From Minisyncoccota bacterium (lineage in GTDB: Bacteria > Patescibacteriota > Minisyncoccia > Minisyncoccales > RBG-13-42-11), in assembly GCA_028712445.1 (NCBI GenBank), contig JAQTPY010000001.1, forward strand, positions 50,034 through 114,033: a stretch of 64,000 nucleotides of DNA, given 5' to 3'. Positions 22,352-31,438 of this stretch are shown here, piece after piece (within the stretch, counting starts at the first letter, position 1; every line of letters begins with the position of its first letter). The notes under the pieces are model-generated. The model had not been told where the DNA came from. It was given only the letters and a program-made list of their open reading frames with translations, and searched no databases. A program made the translations under genes and the position numbers.

Positions 22352-22382
22352 GCTGATTGGCCCTAGCAATCTTTAATTTATT

Positions 22383-23993
22383 CTAGAATTCTTTTAGAAA
22401 TTCTTCAAATTCTTTTTTCACAGGAATGGTGAAATAGAAAGCAGTTCCTTTTTTTTCTTCCGACTCAAACCAAATTTTCCCGCCATGAGCATCAATGATG
22501 TTCTTTGAAAGAAAAACTCCAAGCCCCGATCCTTCAGTTTCCATTCTGATGACGTTTGATCCTCTGAAGAATTTGCTGAAAATCCGGCCTTGCTGATCCT
22601 TGGGGATTCCCACGCCAGTATCTGAAATTTCAAAAAGAATCTCTTTTTTATAATCTTTCAACGAAATTGATATTTGCCCTCCGGGGAGAGTATATTTTAT
22701 GGCATTTTCCAATAAGTTTTGAATTACCAGCCTCATTTTCTCAACATCAATTAAAATCTTAGGAAACTTGTCGCCTGGTTTTTTAAACACCACTTTGATG
22801 TTTTTTCTCTTAGCTTCTTCTTTATGAGAATTCACTACAAAATTAATAACACTCCCAAAATCAGAAAGAGTGGGTTTGAAAAGGTATTTCCCTTCTTCAA
22901 TTCTGGTTACGTCTAAAAGATCGTTGATCAGAGCTATCATTCTCTCATTGCTTTGATAGGCCTTGCCGATCAGATCTTTTTGTCCTTCATTGATTTCTCC
23001 CATGTCCCCCTCAAGAAACATCTGAAGAGACCATTTGATGGCGGCCAAAGGTGTTCTTAATTGGTGGGCAGACAGCGAAACAAATTCAGTCTTCATGGCT
23101 TCTATCGTCTTTTCTCTCGTGATGTCATGAAGGATAATCAAGGTTCCCAAGGCAATGCTCCCTAGAATCATGGAGGAGGCCGACACTTCTATTGTCAGAT
23201 TCTTATCTAAAACCAGTTCTCTTCTGAAAACCTTGTCTTCTTTTTTAAGAATATCTATTAAATTGACAAGTGTCGGCACGCCAGTCAAATCAAAAATGTT
23301 TTTACCTACTACATCTTTTGATGCTATGTTAAAAAATTTCTCTGCCTGGGGATTCGCCAAAGAAACCTTTTTTTCGAAATCCAGAACAATAAGCCCGTCA
23401 GAAAAATTTTTAATTATGGCTAATGTTTTATTCCTCTCCTCCTCCGCTCTTTTGCGGGACTCCTCGACATCCTCAAGAATGTTCATTAAAGCTCTTCTCG
23501 AGTTTTGCAATTCTCCTGTTCGATCTTCAACCTCTTTTTCAAGCCCCTCCCTTAATTTTTTTTCGCTTGAAATATCTGTAAGAGCAACAAAACATCCTAT
23601 TAAACTGCCCTTGTCGTCTTTTCTGGCAGCGATTGAAAGAGCAACTGGAATTTTTTCTTCTTTCTTCGTAGTTAAAGCCACTTCTCTTAAATGCGCTCTT
23701 TCCTCTTGTCCGATTGAAATAATCGTTTTCTTTAATAGTTCTTTTTCAAAGAAAATTCCTTCCAAGGGCTCTCCGACTATTTCCAAAGTCTGATAGCCCG
23801 TCATTCTTTCAAACGCTTTATTGATATTGACTATTATTCCTGCAGGATTAATCGTGCAGACAGCCAAGGGAAGAAAAAGGGAAAGATCCCTCATATAGCC
23901 CTCCAAATCGTTTAGATCCTCTTTGACTCCTTGGAGTTCCTTTTTTAATGTTTCTCTGGAAACAATTTTTTTGGAGACTTTTTCTTCAATCAT
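22383..23993 (-). CDS. cytoplasmic PAS-PAS sensor histidine kinase
   Basis: Two PAS domains; HQLRTPL, NAIKY, DTGVGI, GSGLG boxes; no TM segment. Confidence 0.93.
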   Translation of the reverse strand: MIEEKVSKKIVSRETLKKELQGVKEDLNDLEGYMRDLSLFLPLAVCTINPAGIIVNINKAFERMTGYQTLEIVGEPLEGIFFEKELLKKTIISIGQEERAHLREVALTTKKEEKIPVALSIAARKDDKGSLIGCFVALTDISSEKKLREGLEKEVEDRTGELQNSRRALMNILEDVEESRKRAEEERNKTLAIIKNFSDGLIVLDFEKKVSLANPQAEKFFNIASKDVVGKNIFDLTGVPTLVNLIDILKKEDKVFRRELVLDKNLTIEVSASSMILGSIALGTLIILHDITREKTIEAMKTEFVSLSAHQLRTPLAAIKWSLQMFLEGDMGEINEGQKDLIGKAYQSNERMIALINDLLDVTRIEEGKYLFKPTLSDFGSVINFVVNSHKEEAKRKNIKVVFKKPGDKFPKILIDVEKMRLVIQNLLENAIKYTLPGGQISISLKDYKKEILFEISDTGVGIPKDQQGRIFSKFFRGSNVIRMETEGSGLGVFLSKNIIDAHGGKIWFESEEKKGTAFYFTIPVKKEFEEFLKEF

Positions 23994-24027
23994 TTTTAAA
24001 TTTCCATTGCAAAGCAGCAAGCTTCGC

Positions 24028-24654
24028 TTACTCCCATTTTATTACAAATTCATCATAATGGTCGCCTTTAAAAACACATTTCGTTTCTTTGATTGTTCTT
24101 GTTTCTCTGCCGCTCCCTTCTTTATTTCTCTGGACATACTGGCCTATCCTCAAAAAATAACCTGCAAAATAGACGCAAAGAATAGGATGAATTTTAAAAT
24201 TCTTTAACCGAATAATGAAATGCTTTTTCTCTTTACTGTATTCATAAGGTTCTATTTCTCCTCTGGTATAATGTTTTTCCCAGTATTTGGGAGATTCCTT
24301 AAAAGTTCTTTGAGAAGAGAGAAAGTATTTCATGAGCAGTTTTACTATAAAAGAGTATTTGGGAGCTGAATTCCCCAATTCAAAAATTTCCTTATCTCCC
24401 CAACTCAAGGCGTCTTTTATAGCCAACAATGAAACCACTCTCAGCCCTAAAGGATACCACTCTGTCGCCTTAATTTCTTCGTAATCCAAACTCACTCCCC
24501 ATTCCTTTATTTTATTCTTTAATAAGCTTTTGAATTCTTCTCCTCCTTTATCTCTGACATACTCAAAGTCAGTCAAAAATACTTGTCCTCTCACTTCACC
24601 GGGGAGCTTAAGCAAGCGTTCTATTTCATTTTTTACTGACTGATCTCCTGACAT
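24028..24654 (-). CDS. HNOB/V4R-like (DUF2378-like) putative ligand-binding protein
   Basis: VRG..; WYP; C..FAGY; ETKCVFKGD...EF.IKW V4R-like C-terminus. Confidence 0.55.
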   Translation of the reverse strand: MSGDQSVKNEIERLLKLPGEVRGQVFLTDFEYVRDKGGEEFKSLLKNKIKEWGVSLDYEEIKATEWYPLGLRVVSLLAIKDALSWGDKEIFELGNSAPKYSFIVKLLMKYFLSSQRTFKESPKYWEKHYTRGEIEPYEYSKEKKHFIIRLKNFKIHPILCVYFAGYFLRIGQYVQRNKEGSGRETRTIKETKCVFKGDHYDEFVIKWE

Positions 24655-25981
24655 TTTTTTGTTCTAAATTGGGTTTATTAATTTTTTCCAGTTGACCTTT
24701 AAGCTTCCTTATCTCTTCTTTCAGGTTTATCATTCTCAACTCTCTTCCAACGGCCAGCTTATTAAACCTCTCCAGTTCATCTATTTTTTCTTCCAATTCT
24801 CTGGTTCGTTCCTCAACCTGAGCCTCAAGGTTTCGGGAAAGATCGCTTAATTCCCTTGTTCTGGCTATGATCTTAATTTCAAGGGAAGCTCGCGCCGTCT
24901 CAGCTTCATCCTGAGCATCGAGCAGCTTAAACCGGTTTTTTTGCAAATTTTGGGTTACGAAACCTACAATAATTGTAATTATCAAAACAGAAATTATGTC
25001 TTCTAAAGGAGAAAAAAATCTTTTGTCGGGATAATTAAAAAGCAGAAAAAAATAGCTTAACAAAGAAACCGCTCCTGAAAACAAGATCATTTTTAGATCG
25101 TGAAAAAAGCTGAACAAAATAAAAATTAAAGCAGCCCCTGTAAAAAAAGTTTTTCCTAATTCCGGGGCCAGAAAGAAAATGATTATTGTGGCCTCAGATA
25201 AAACCGCCAGACTCACTACATATTTTGTTAAATAAAGAAAAGATTTTGCTCCGAGTATCATTAAGACAGAGAGATAGAAGAAAACTCCTATAGTAAAAAG
25301 AGAAGAAAACTCCTGCCAGCTGAAAATTTGATGATTAAAAAGCAGTAAAACGCCCCTTGCGGCCAAAACAAAAACAAGGAGAAGAGAAAGCATCATCAAG
25401 GAAGATCTCGCGATATTTACTTCTTTTTCTTTAAGATAATAATCTTTAAAAGAATATCTTAACTTTTCAACGTTGTTGCAGAAATTATCTATTTTCTTTT
25501 TCCCGTATTCGGAGAAGCAGCTCCGTCTTTTAAAACCGCTGGAAAGAAGAAGAGTGTCTATTGTTTTTCCTTCTCTTTTTGAAACCACTGAAGCAAAATC
25601 ATAATCAAGAAGGAAAGCCGAAAATAAATACCATTCAAGTTGGGGAAGCAAAAATGTTGTCGCAAAAAAACCGATGTTTTTATATTTTATTCCTCTAACA
25701 ATTTTTAGGTATTTAACAACCGGTGAAGAAAGGGAGGTCCAGTTTGGACTTCCTATGCAAATTAAATCATACTTTGAAACATCATTGATTTTTAAAGGAA
25801 TAATTTCGCAGTCTTTTTTAAAAAGCTTCGAAATCCACCAGCCAAAAAAACTTTTTTCTTTTACCGGCTTAATAATTTCAACATCTACTTCGTGCTCTCT
25901 CTTTCTAAATCTGTCCTCCAGCACCTGAGCCAATTTTGCGGTTTGCCCGGTTTTTGAATAATATGCAATTAGAATTTTCAT
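24626..25981 (-). CDS. flavodoxin-like domain + multi-TM + coiled-coil protein
   Basis: YYSKTGQT, DLICIGSPNW; about 6 TM; VEERTREL..ELERFNKLAVGRELRM. Confidence 0.7.
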   Translation of the reverse strand: MKILIAYYSKTGQTAKLAQVLEDRFRKREHEVDVEIIKPVKEKSFFGWWISKLFKKDCEIIPLKINDVSKYDLICIGSPNWTSLSSPVVKYLKIVRGIKYKNIGFFATTFLLPQLEWYLFSAFLLDYDFASVVSKREGKTIDTLLLSSGFKRRSCFSEYGKKKIDNFCNNVEKLRYSFKDYYLKEKEVNIARSSLMMLSLLLVFVLAARGVLLLFNHQIFSWQEFSSLFTIGVFFYLSVLMILGAKSFLYLTKYVVSLAVLSEATIIIFFLAPELGKTFFTGAALIFILFSFFHDLKMILFSGAVSLLSYFFLLFNYPDKRFFSPLEDIISVLIITIIVGFVTQNLQKNRFKLLDAQDEAETARASLEIKIIARTRELSDLSRNLEAQVEERTRELEEKIDELERFNKLAVGRELRMINLKEEIRKLKGQLEKINKPNLEQKNVRRSVSKK

Positions 25982-26000
25982 GCAATATGTTTTTCTAATT

Positions 26001-26927
26001 CTACCATAACTTCAAATTCTGCCCAGCGGCTTTTTTTTCTACGCTCCCCGGCAACCTCTTAACCAAGCTGTAAAATCCCAATTTTTCCAAAGACTCAATC
26101 ACTTTTTCTTTTTTATAGTCTTTCCATTTTTTTTCTTCAAAAGAGAAGTCCAGGGGAACTTCTTTTTCTATCATAACCAATTCTTTAGAAAGAAATGCCT
26201 GCTTTTTGTTTTGAATTAATTTTTCTTTTACTTTTGGCGCGATCTTTTTGGCATTTTCCGTTCCCTTGTCTATTTCGTCATATAAATTTTCCAAACTGCC
26301 GAAAGCCAAAATCAAGCTGAGTGCTGTTTTTTCTCCGATTCCCTGAACGCCAGGAATATTGTCTGAAACGTCTCCTTTCAGAGACTTGAAGTCCACAAGT
26401 TGCTGAGGAGAAAGGCCGCCGTATTTCTCTCGAGTCAGCTCCTGGTCATAAAGAAGAGTATCCTTAACTCCTTTTCTTAAAACATAGACTTTGATTCTTT
26501 CGTTTATTAATTGCAGAATGTCGCAGTCTCCGCTGACCACAATTGCCTCTTTCTGGGGCGATTCGAGAGTTATCCTGCTTATCGTTCCAATAATATCGTC
26601 TGCTTCATACCCTTTTTTTTCAAGGATCGGCACGTTGAATGCTTCCAATATTTCCTTAATCTTTGGAATCTGCTGATAAAACTCGTCTGGCGCTTTTTTT
26701 CTCGTTGCCTTATATTCTTTATATTTTTCGTGACGGATTGTCGGAGAAGGAAAATCAAAAGCAGCAACGATGTATTTTGGATCAAATTCTTGGACAACTT
26801 TAAAAAAAACCAGCAAAAATCCATAGACTGCATTCACCAACTCTCCGCTCTTTGAAGACAGGGCCGGCAAAGCGTGGTAAGCCCGGTGGAGGACCGAATT
26901 TGAATCAATAATCAAAACTCTTTCCAT
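26001..26927 (-). CDS. stand-alone 5'-3' exonuclease (PolA N-terminal domain)
   Basis: HRAYHA, YKATR, EADD, SGD.D, GDVSDNIPGV.GIGEKTA; no polymerase domain. Confidence 0.92.
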   Translation of the reverse strand: MERVLIIDSNSVLHRAYHALPALSSKSGELVNAVYGFLLVFFKVVQEFDPKYIVAAFDFPSPTIRHEKYKEYKATRKKAPDEFYQQIPKIKEILEAFNVPILEKKGYEADDIIGTISRITLESPQKEAIVVSGDCDILQLINERIKVYVLRKGVKDTLLYDQELTREKYGGLSPQQLVDFKSLKGDVSDNIPGVQGIGEKTALSLILAFGSLENLYDEIDKGTENAKKIAPKVKEKLIQNKKQAFLSKELVMIEKEVPLDFSFEEKKWKDYKKEKVIESLEKLGFYSLVKRLPGSVEKKAAGQNLKLW

Positions 26928-26936
26928 AAAATCTTT

Positions 26937-27389
26937 TTATCTGCATAAAAATTTTAATCTTCTTCTTTTTTTACCAAGAAATTGAAATTCTATTTTTAAG
27001 AAACCTTTCGGAAGCAGCTTTTCTGCTTTCTCCACCCATTCAACGGCAATAATGTTTTCTGGTTTAGAAATTATTTCTTTTAATCCTAACTCTTTAAAAT
27101 CTTTGATTCCTTCCATCCTATAACAATCAATGTGATAAAAATTTTTAAATTTTTTGGACTTAATTTTGAATCTCTTTAATAAGACGAATGTGGGACTCGT
27201 GATTTTGTCTTTTATTCCAAGACCCGAAGCAAACCCCTGAACAAAAGTAGTCTTTCCTCCTCCAAGATCTCCTTTCAGGCCGACAATAAAAGCTTTCGAA
27301 AAACAGGGATGGCTGATTATTTCCTGAGCCAAATTCTTTGCTATTTTTTTAGTTTGCTCAGGATTGACGCTTTCAATTTCAGTTTTCAT
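26937..27389 (-). CDS. tsaE: tRNA t6A biosynthesis ATPase
   Basis: GDLGGGKTTF, SPTF, HIDCYR, VEW. Confidence 0.95.
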   Translation of the reverse strand: MKTEIESVNPEQTKKIAKNLAQEIISHPCFSKAFIVGLKGDLGGGKTTFVQGFASGLGIKDKITSPTFVLLKRFKIKSKKFKNFYHIDCYRMEGIKDFKELGLKEIISKPENIIAVEWVEKAEKLLPKGFLKIEFQFLGKKRRRLKFLCR

Positions 27390-27475
27390 TTTAATGTGAA
27401 ATAATTCATTGACTTCCTCAACTGTTTAAGCTAATTTGAATCAATTACTCCATTGTTTTATCATTTTACCTCTTC

Positions 27476-28792
27476 ATGGCTGAGATTTCAAAAAAAGAAA
27501 AAAAAGGGTTGTCTTTTTCTCCCGAAAAAATAAAATTACTCAAAAAAGAAATCCAAGATATTTTTTCCTTGAAGAAATCTGTTGAAGAAGCTGTAAATAA
27601 AAATACTTCCGAAGCAGTCGAAAGTATTTTTTTTGGAGCGATCGGACTTGGAGCATCAGATGTCCATATTGAACCCGAAGGAGGGTCGGCGAAAATAAGA
27701 TTAAGAATGGATGGGATACTACACGACGTAATTGAGTTGCAGGAAAAAATCCAAAGAGATCTCCTTGCCAGAATCAAACTTTTAGCTGGAATGAAATTAA
27801 ACGTTAACGATCGGCCTCAAGACGGTCGATTCAGTATTTTTCTAGAAGAATCCGAAAAAGAAAAGATCTCTGTTGAAGTCAGGGTTTCCACTTTGCCTGC
27901 AGAATTTGGAGAAGCAACCGTCATGAGAATATTGAACCCTAAAAGCTTGATTAGCTTGGAAGAGTTGGGATTGAGAAAAGATCTTTATGAACTTTTTGTA
28001 AAAGAAATCCATAAGCCCAACGGGATGATAATCATCACTGGTCCAACCGGATCTGGAAAAACAACTACTCTTTATGCTTTTTTAAACAAAATAAAAAGCA
28101 CGGAAACAAAAATAATTACAATTGAAGACCCCATTGAATATCATTTGAACGGAATCTCTCAGACCCAAGTAAACCCCAGCCAGGGATATGATTTTGCATC
28201 GGGGCTCCAGTCGATAATGAGACAGGACCCGGATGTTATCCTGGTGGGAGAGATAAGAGATCCTAAAACTTGCCAAATTTCAATCCAAGCCGCTCTTACC
28301 GGTCACCTTGTTTTTTCCACTCTCCACACCAATGACGCCGCTGGAACGGTTTCCCGGTTAATAAGTCTTGAAGGGGATGTCAAAAACATCGGACCAGCAA
28401 TCAATTTAGCTGTTGCCCAGAGATTAGTAAGAAAAGTTTGCAAAAAATGTTCAAGACAAAGAACGCTTTCGGCTGAAGAACTCAAAAAAATAAAAAACAC
28501 TCTTCCCGAAAATCTTCAAAATGAATACAAATTAAATCCTTTGTCCAAAATATCGGAAATCAAGGGTTGTGAAAACTGCAATAATACAGGATATAAGGGG
28601 AGAGTTGGAATATTTGAAGCAATTGTTTTTAATGATGAAATTGAAAAATTTATTTTAGAAAACCCCTCGATTGCTGCTTTTAAGGAAAAGGTCGTAAAAG
28701 AGGGGATGACAACCATGAAACAAGACGGGTTCGTTAAAGTACTGGAAGGAGTGACAACGATAGAAGAGGTTGAAAAAACGACCGGAGATTAA
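27476..28792 (+). CDS. GspE/PilB family pilus assembly ATPase
   Basis: ASDVHIEP, PQDGRF, GPTGSGKTT, EDPIE, RQDPD, HTND, CxxC..CxxC. Confidence 0.93.
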   Translation: MAEISKKEKKGLSFSPEKIKLLKKEIQDIFSLKKSVEEAVNKNTSEAVESIFFGAIGLGASDVHIEPEGGSAKIRLRMDGILHDVIELQEKIQRDLLARIKLLAGMKLNVNDRPQDGRFSIFLEESEKEKISVEVRVSTLPAEFGEATVMRILNPKSLISLEELGLRKDLYELFVKEIHKPNGMIIITGPTGSGKTTTLYAFLNKIKSTETKIITIEDPIEYHLNGISQTQVNPSQGYDFASGLQSIMRQDPDVILVGEIRDPKTCQISIQAALTGHLVFSTLHTNDAAGTVSRLISLEGDVKNIGPAINLAVAQRLVRKVCKKCSRQRTLSAEELKKIKNTLPENLQNEYKLNPLSKISEIKGCENCNNTGYKGRVGIFEAIVFNDEIEKFILENPSIAAFKEKVVKEGMTTMKQDGFVKVLEGVTTIEEVEKTTGD

Positions 28793-28815
28793 GAACCTTG
28801 ATACTGTGCGCAATT

Positions 28816-28946
28816 AAAAAATTAGCCGCAGAGCTGGGGGCTACTTGGTATGAAACAAAGTTTAGAGTTTTCTCGAGGAGTAGTCCAGCCGGAACCAAAC
28901 TATCCAACTAAAGAAAGCTCCCAGCCCCCAGCTTTACGGCTAATAC
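28816..28946 (-). ncRNA. candidate rod-shaped ncRNA
   Basis: 22-bp terminal inverted repeat (28821-28842/28923-28944), internal stems, U-tract after the stem, promoter directly upstream. Confidence 0.55.
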
Positions 28947-28952
28947 CATCCT

Positions 28953-28981
28953 ATTCTAATATATTATGTATTTTTTGTCAA
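28953..28981 (-). promoter_or_regulatory. sigma70 promoter
   Basis: TTGACA-17 nt-TAGAAT. Confidence 0.7.
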
Positions 28982-29763
28982 GGCCCGATTGGAGATGGGA
29001 CAATTTAATCTTTCTGAAAGTCCTATCCATCCTTTTTTTCATAATTTCTCCCCTGTTCCCTTTTAGGGTTATGGCAGAAAATGGGACGAATATTTTCTTT
29101 AGCGAAATCGCCTGGATGGGAAGCGAAAACTCTTATGCTGACGAATGGATTGAATTATATAATAATTCTGATGAAAAAATTAACCTTTTAGGATGGACAT
29201 TAAAATCAGATAATGGATTGAAAATAAACCTTCTGGGCGAAATTGTTCCGAAAGGTTTTTTCTTGCTTGAAAGAACTGACGACGATACTGTAAAAGATAT
29301 ACCTTCTGATCAAATTTATAAAGGGAACCTCGGAAACTCCGGAGGAAAAATTACAATCTATGACGACTCGGGGCTTGAAATTGACTCCTTAAACTGCTCT
29401 CTGGGATGGTTTAAAGGAAACAATTCTGCAAAACAAACCATGGAAAGAATTAGATTCGAAGGTCTAAGCGGTCCGTCTGATTGGCAAGACAGCAAGCTTC
29501 CGGGAGGAACTCCAAAAAATAAAAACAGTTCAGGAGCAATAATTTCGTCTGAGATTAGCGCAAAAAATGTTCCCGATCTTTCTCTTGCCACCATTGCGTC
29601 AGAAACAAAAGACTCTATCCAAAACAAAGAAAACTATTTAGCTTTTGCGGCAACTAAGATTCAATTTAAAAAATCCCCGAATTCGTTCTTTTTTGTTCTT
29701 CCCTTGATTTTATCTTTATTTTCAGCAATAATGGTGCTATTCTTAAGACGTAGCTTATCTTAA
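28966..29763 (+). CDS. lamin-tail-domain (LTD) surface protein with C-terminal TM (start uncertain)
   Basis: SEIAWMG..DEWIELYN..L.GW.L; L.NSG; TMER; GTP. Confidence 0.8.
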   Translation: MYFLSRPDWRWDNLIFLKVLSILFFIISPLFPFRVMAENGTNIFFSEIAWMGSENSYADEWIELYNNSDEKINLLGWTLKSDNGLKINLLGEIVPKGFFLLERTDDDTVKDIPSDQIYKGNLGNSGGKITIYDDSGLEIDSLNCSLGWFKGNNSAKQTMERIRFEGLSGPSDWQDSKLPGGTPKNKNSSGAIISSEISAKNVPDLSLATIASETKDSIQNKENYLAFAATKIQFKKSPNSFFFVLPLILSLFSAIMVLFLRRSLS

Positions 29764-29768
29764 AAAAC

Positions 29769-30503
29769 ATGTCAGGTCATTCTCATTTTTCCACAATTAA
29801 ACACAAGAAAGCGGCTGAGGACGCTAAAAGAAGCAAAACTTTTTCAAAACTTACTCAGTTGATAATAGTGGCTACTAAAGAGAAGGGTGGCGTTGCTGAA
29901 ACCAACCCGAAATTAAAGTTGGCCATAGAACAGGCCAAAGCAGCCAACATGCCTTCGGAGAACATCGAAAGAGCTATAAAAAAAGGAACCGGAGAGCTGG
30001 CTGCAGAAAAGCTTGAGGAAGTGGCTTTCGAGGCTTACGGTCCGGGAGGGATTGCTATCATCATTGAGGGCATTACTGATAACAAAAATCGCACTTTAGG
30101 AGAAATAAAACAGATATTAAATCAGGCAAACGGAAAACTGGTGACAGAAGGCTCTGTCAGATGGATGTTTGAAAGGAAAGGAATAATCACTATGAGTCTT
30201 GAAGAAAATCAAATCGCCTGGCCCAACAGAGAAGATCTGGAATTAGCTCTTATTGAAGCCGGAGCTGAAGATGTTTACTTTAAAGAAGATTATATTGACC
30301 TTCATACAAAAGCCGAAGATCTGGAAAAAGTGAAAAAAGCTCTCGAAGAAAAGAGTATAAAAATCGAGTCTGCTTCTTTGGGGTGGACAGCAAAAGAAGA
30401 AATTGCCGTTGACCAAGAAACCAAAGAAAATTGCTTAAAACTTTTTGAAACTTTGGATGACAATGACTCCATCCAAGGGGTTTACTCAAACCTCAGAGTC
30501 TAA
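29769..30503 (+). CDS. yebC: YebC/PmpR family protein
   Basis: MSGHSH..IKHKK, NMP..NIERAI, YGPGG, TDNKNRT. Confidence 0.95.
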   Translation: MSGHSHFSTIKHKKAAEDAKRSKTFSKLTQLIIVATKEKGGVAETNPKLKLAIEQAKAANMPSENIERAIKKGTGELAAEKLEEVAFEAYGPGGIAIIIEGITDNKNRTLGEIKQILNQANGKLVTEGSVRWMFERKGIITMSLEENQIAWPNREDLELALIEAGAEDVYFKEDYIDLHTKAEDLEKVKKALEEKSIKIESASLGWTAKEEIAVDQETKENCLKLFETLDDNDSIQGVYSNLRV

Positions 30504-30521
30504 CTGAAATCTAAAAGCACA

Positions 30522-31007
30522 ATGATAATTTTAGGAATTGATCCTGGAACCGCCACTACAGGGTACGGAGTAATAGATAATTTAGTGGAAGGCAAAAAAA
30601 AGTTTAAACATATTGAAAACGGGATCATTAAAACGCCCCCGACGGCTTCTGCCCCTGATCGCTTGTGTATGATAAATGCGCAGCTGGTCAAAATAATTAA
30701 AAAGCATTCGCCGGAGATTTTGGTTTTAGAAAAACTATTTTTTTTCAGAAATCTCAAAACTGCACTCCCTGTCAGCCAGGCAATCGGGGTGGTTATGTTC
30801 ACCGCCGCTAAAAACAAATTGCCTATTTTCCAATTCACTCCTCTGCAAGTAAAACTGATTGTCACTGGTTTTGGCAAGGCTGAAAAAAAAGAGGTCCAAA
30901 AAAGGATCACCAAAATACTTAAATTAAAGGAAATCCCCAAGCCCGATGACGCCGCCGATGCTCTGGCAGTGGCTCTGGCTTTCTGTTTAAAAAAAGAGAC
31001 GGTTTAA
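30522..31007 (+). CDS. ruvC: Holliday junction resolvase
   Basis: ILGIDPG, E.LFF, GFGKA.K, PDDAADALA. Confidence 0.96.
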   Translation: MIILGIDPGTATTGYGVIDNLVEGKKKFKHIENGIIKTPPTASAPDRLCMINAQLVKIIKKHSPEILVLEKLFFFRNLKTALPVSQAIGVVMFTAAKNKLPIFQFTPLQVKLIVTGFGKAEKKEVQKRITKILKLKEIPKPDDAADALAVALAFCLKKETV

Positions 31008-31176
31008 GACTCTTGACAAGGTTTCAAATATAAATACAATCATAATCATGAAACTGAAACCCTCCCTCAAAAATTAATTAAATGGGAGGAAAAGGTCGAG
31101 CCTTAAAACATGAAAATCCGCGCCATGCGGACAATCTCCAATTTAACGGAGACACTAAAATTAAAAACATAGAAAC

Positions 31177-31371
31177 ATGATTTACGAAGCAGGGGTCATC
31201 AACCCATTTATAGCTTCTGAGGATGAAGAAGGGGTTGGAGAGGAAATATCAGAAGAAACTACCAACTTCGAAGAAGACGAAACAGAAGGTGAGGGCGAAA
31301 GCGCCGAACTTGACGAAGATTTTCCTTCCGAAGAAGAAGAGGAAGAAGGCTCATCTGAATTAGAAGAATAA
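31177..31371 (+). CDS. very acidic small hypothetical protein
   Basis: 64 aa with nearly half D/E and no K/R; followed by a terminator. Confidence 0.55.
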   Translation: MIYEAGVINPFIASEDEEGVGEEISEETTNFEEDETEGEGESAELDEDFPSEEEEEEGSSELEE

Positions 31372-31406
31372 GGACTTTAATCCTAACGGAATAAATTCAA
31401 CTATAA

Positions 31407-31434
31407 AAACACCCCGCTTATTTGCGGGGTGTTT
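31407..31434. terminator. bidirectional terminator
   Basis: aaacaccccgc-ttattt-gcggggtgttt. Confidence 0.8.
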
Positions 31435-31438
31435 GTTT

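Noticed and set aside
23155-23793. Long antisense ORFs (also 13355-13909, 31617-32111, 44846-45364, 54239-54898)
   Set aside because: Ser/Phe-rich shadows of well-supported genes on the opposite strand
26001-26927. polA pseudogene
   Set aside because: Clean stop, intact exonuclease motifs and no polymerase remnant downstream; consistent with a stand-alone flap nuclease
30522-31007. RuvC as a Cas/TnpB-type nuclease
   Set aside because: Ordinary 161-aa resolvase in the usual yebC-ruvC context
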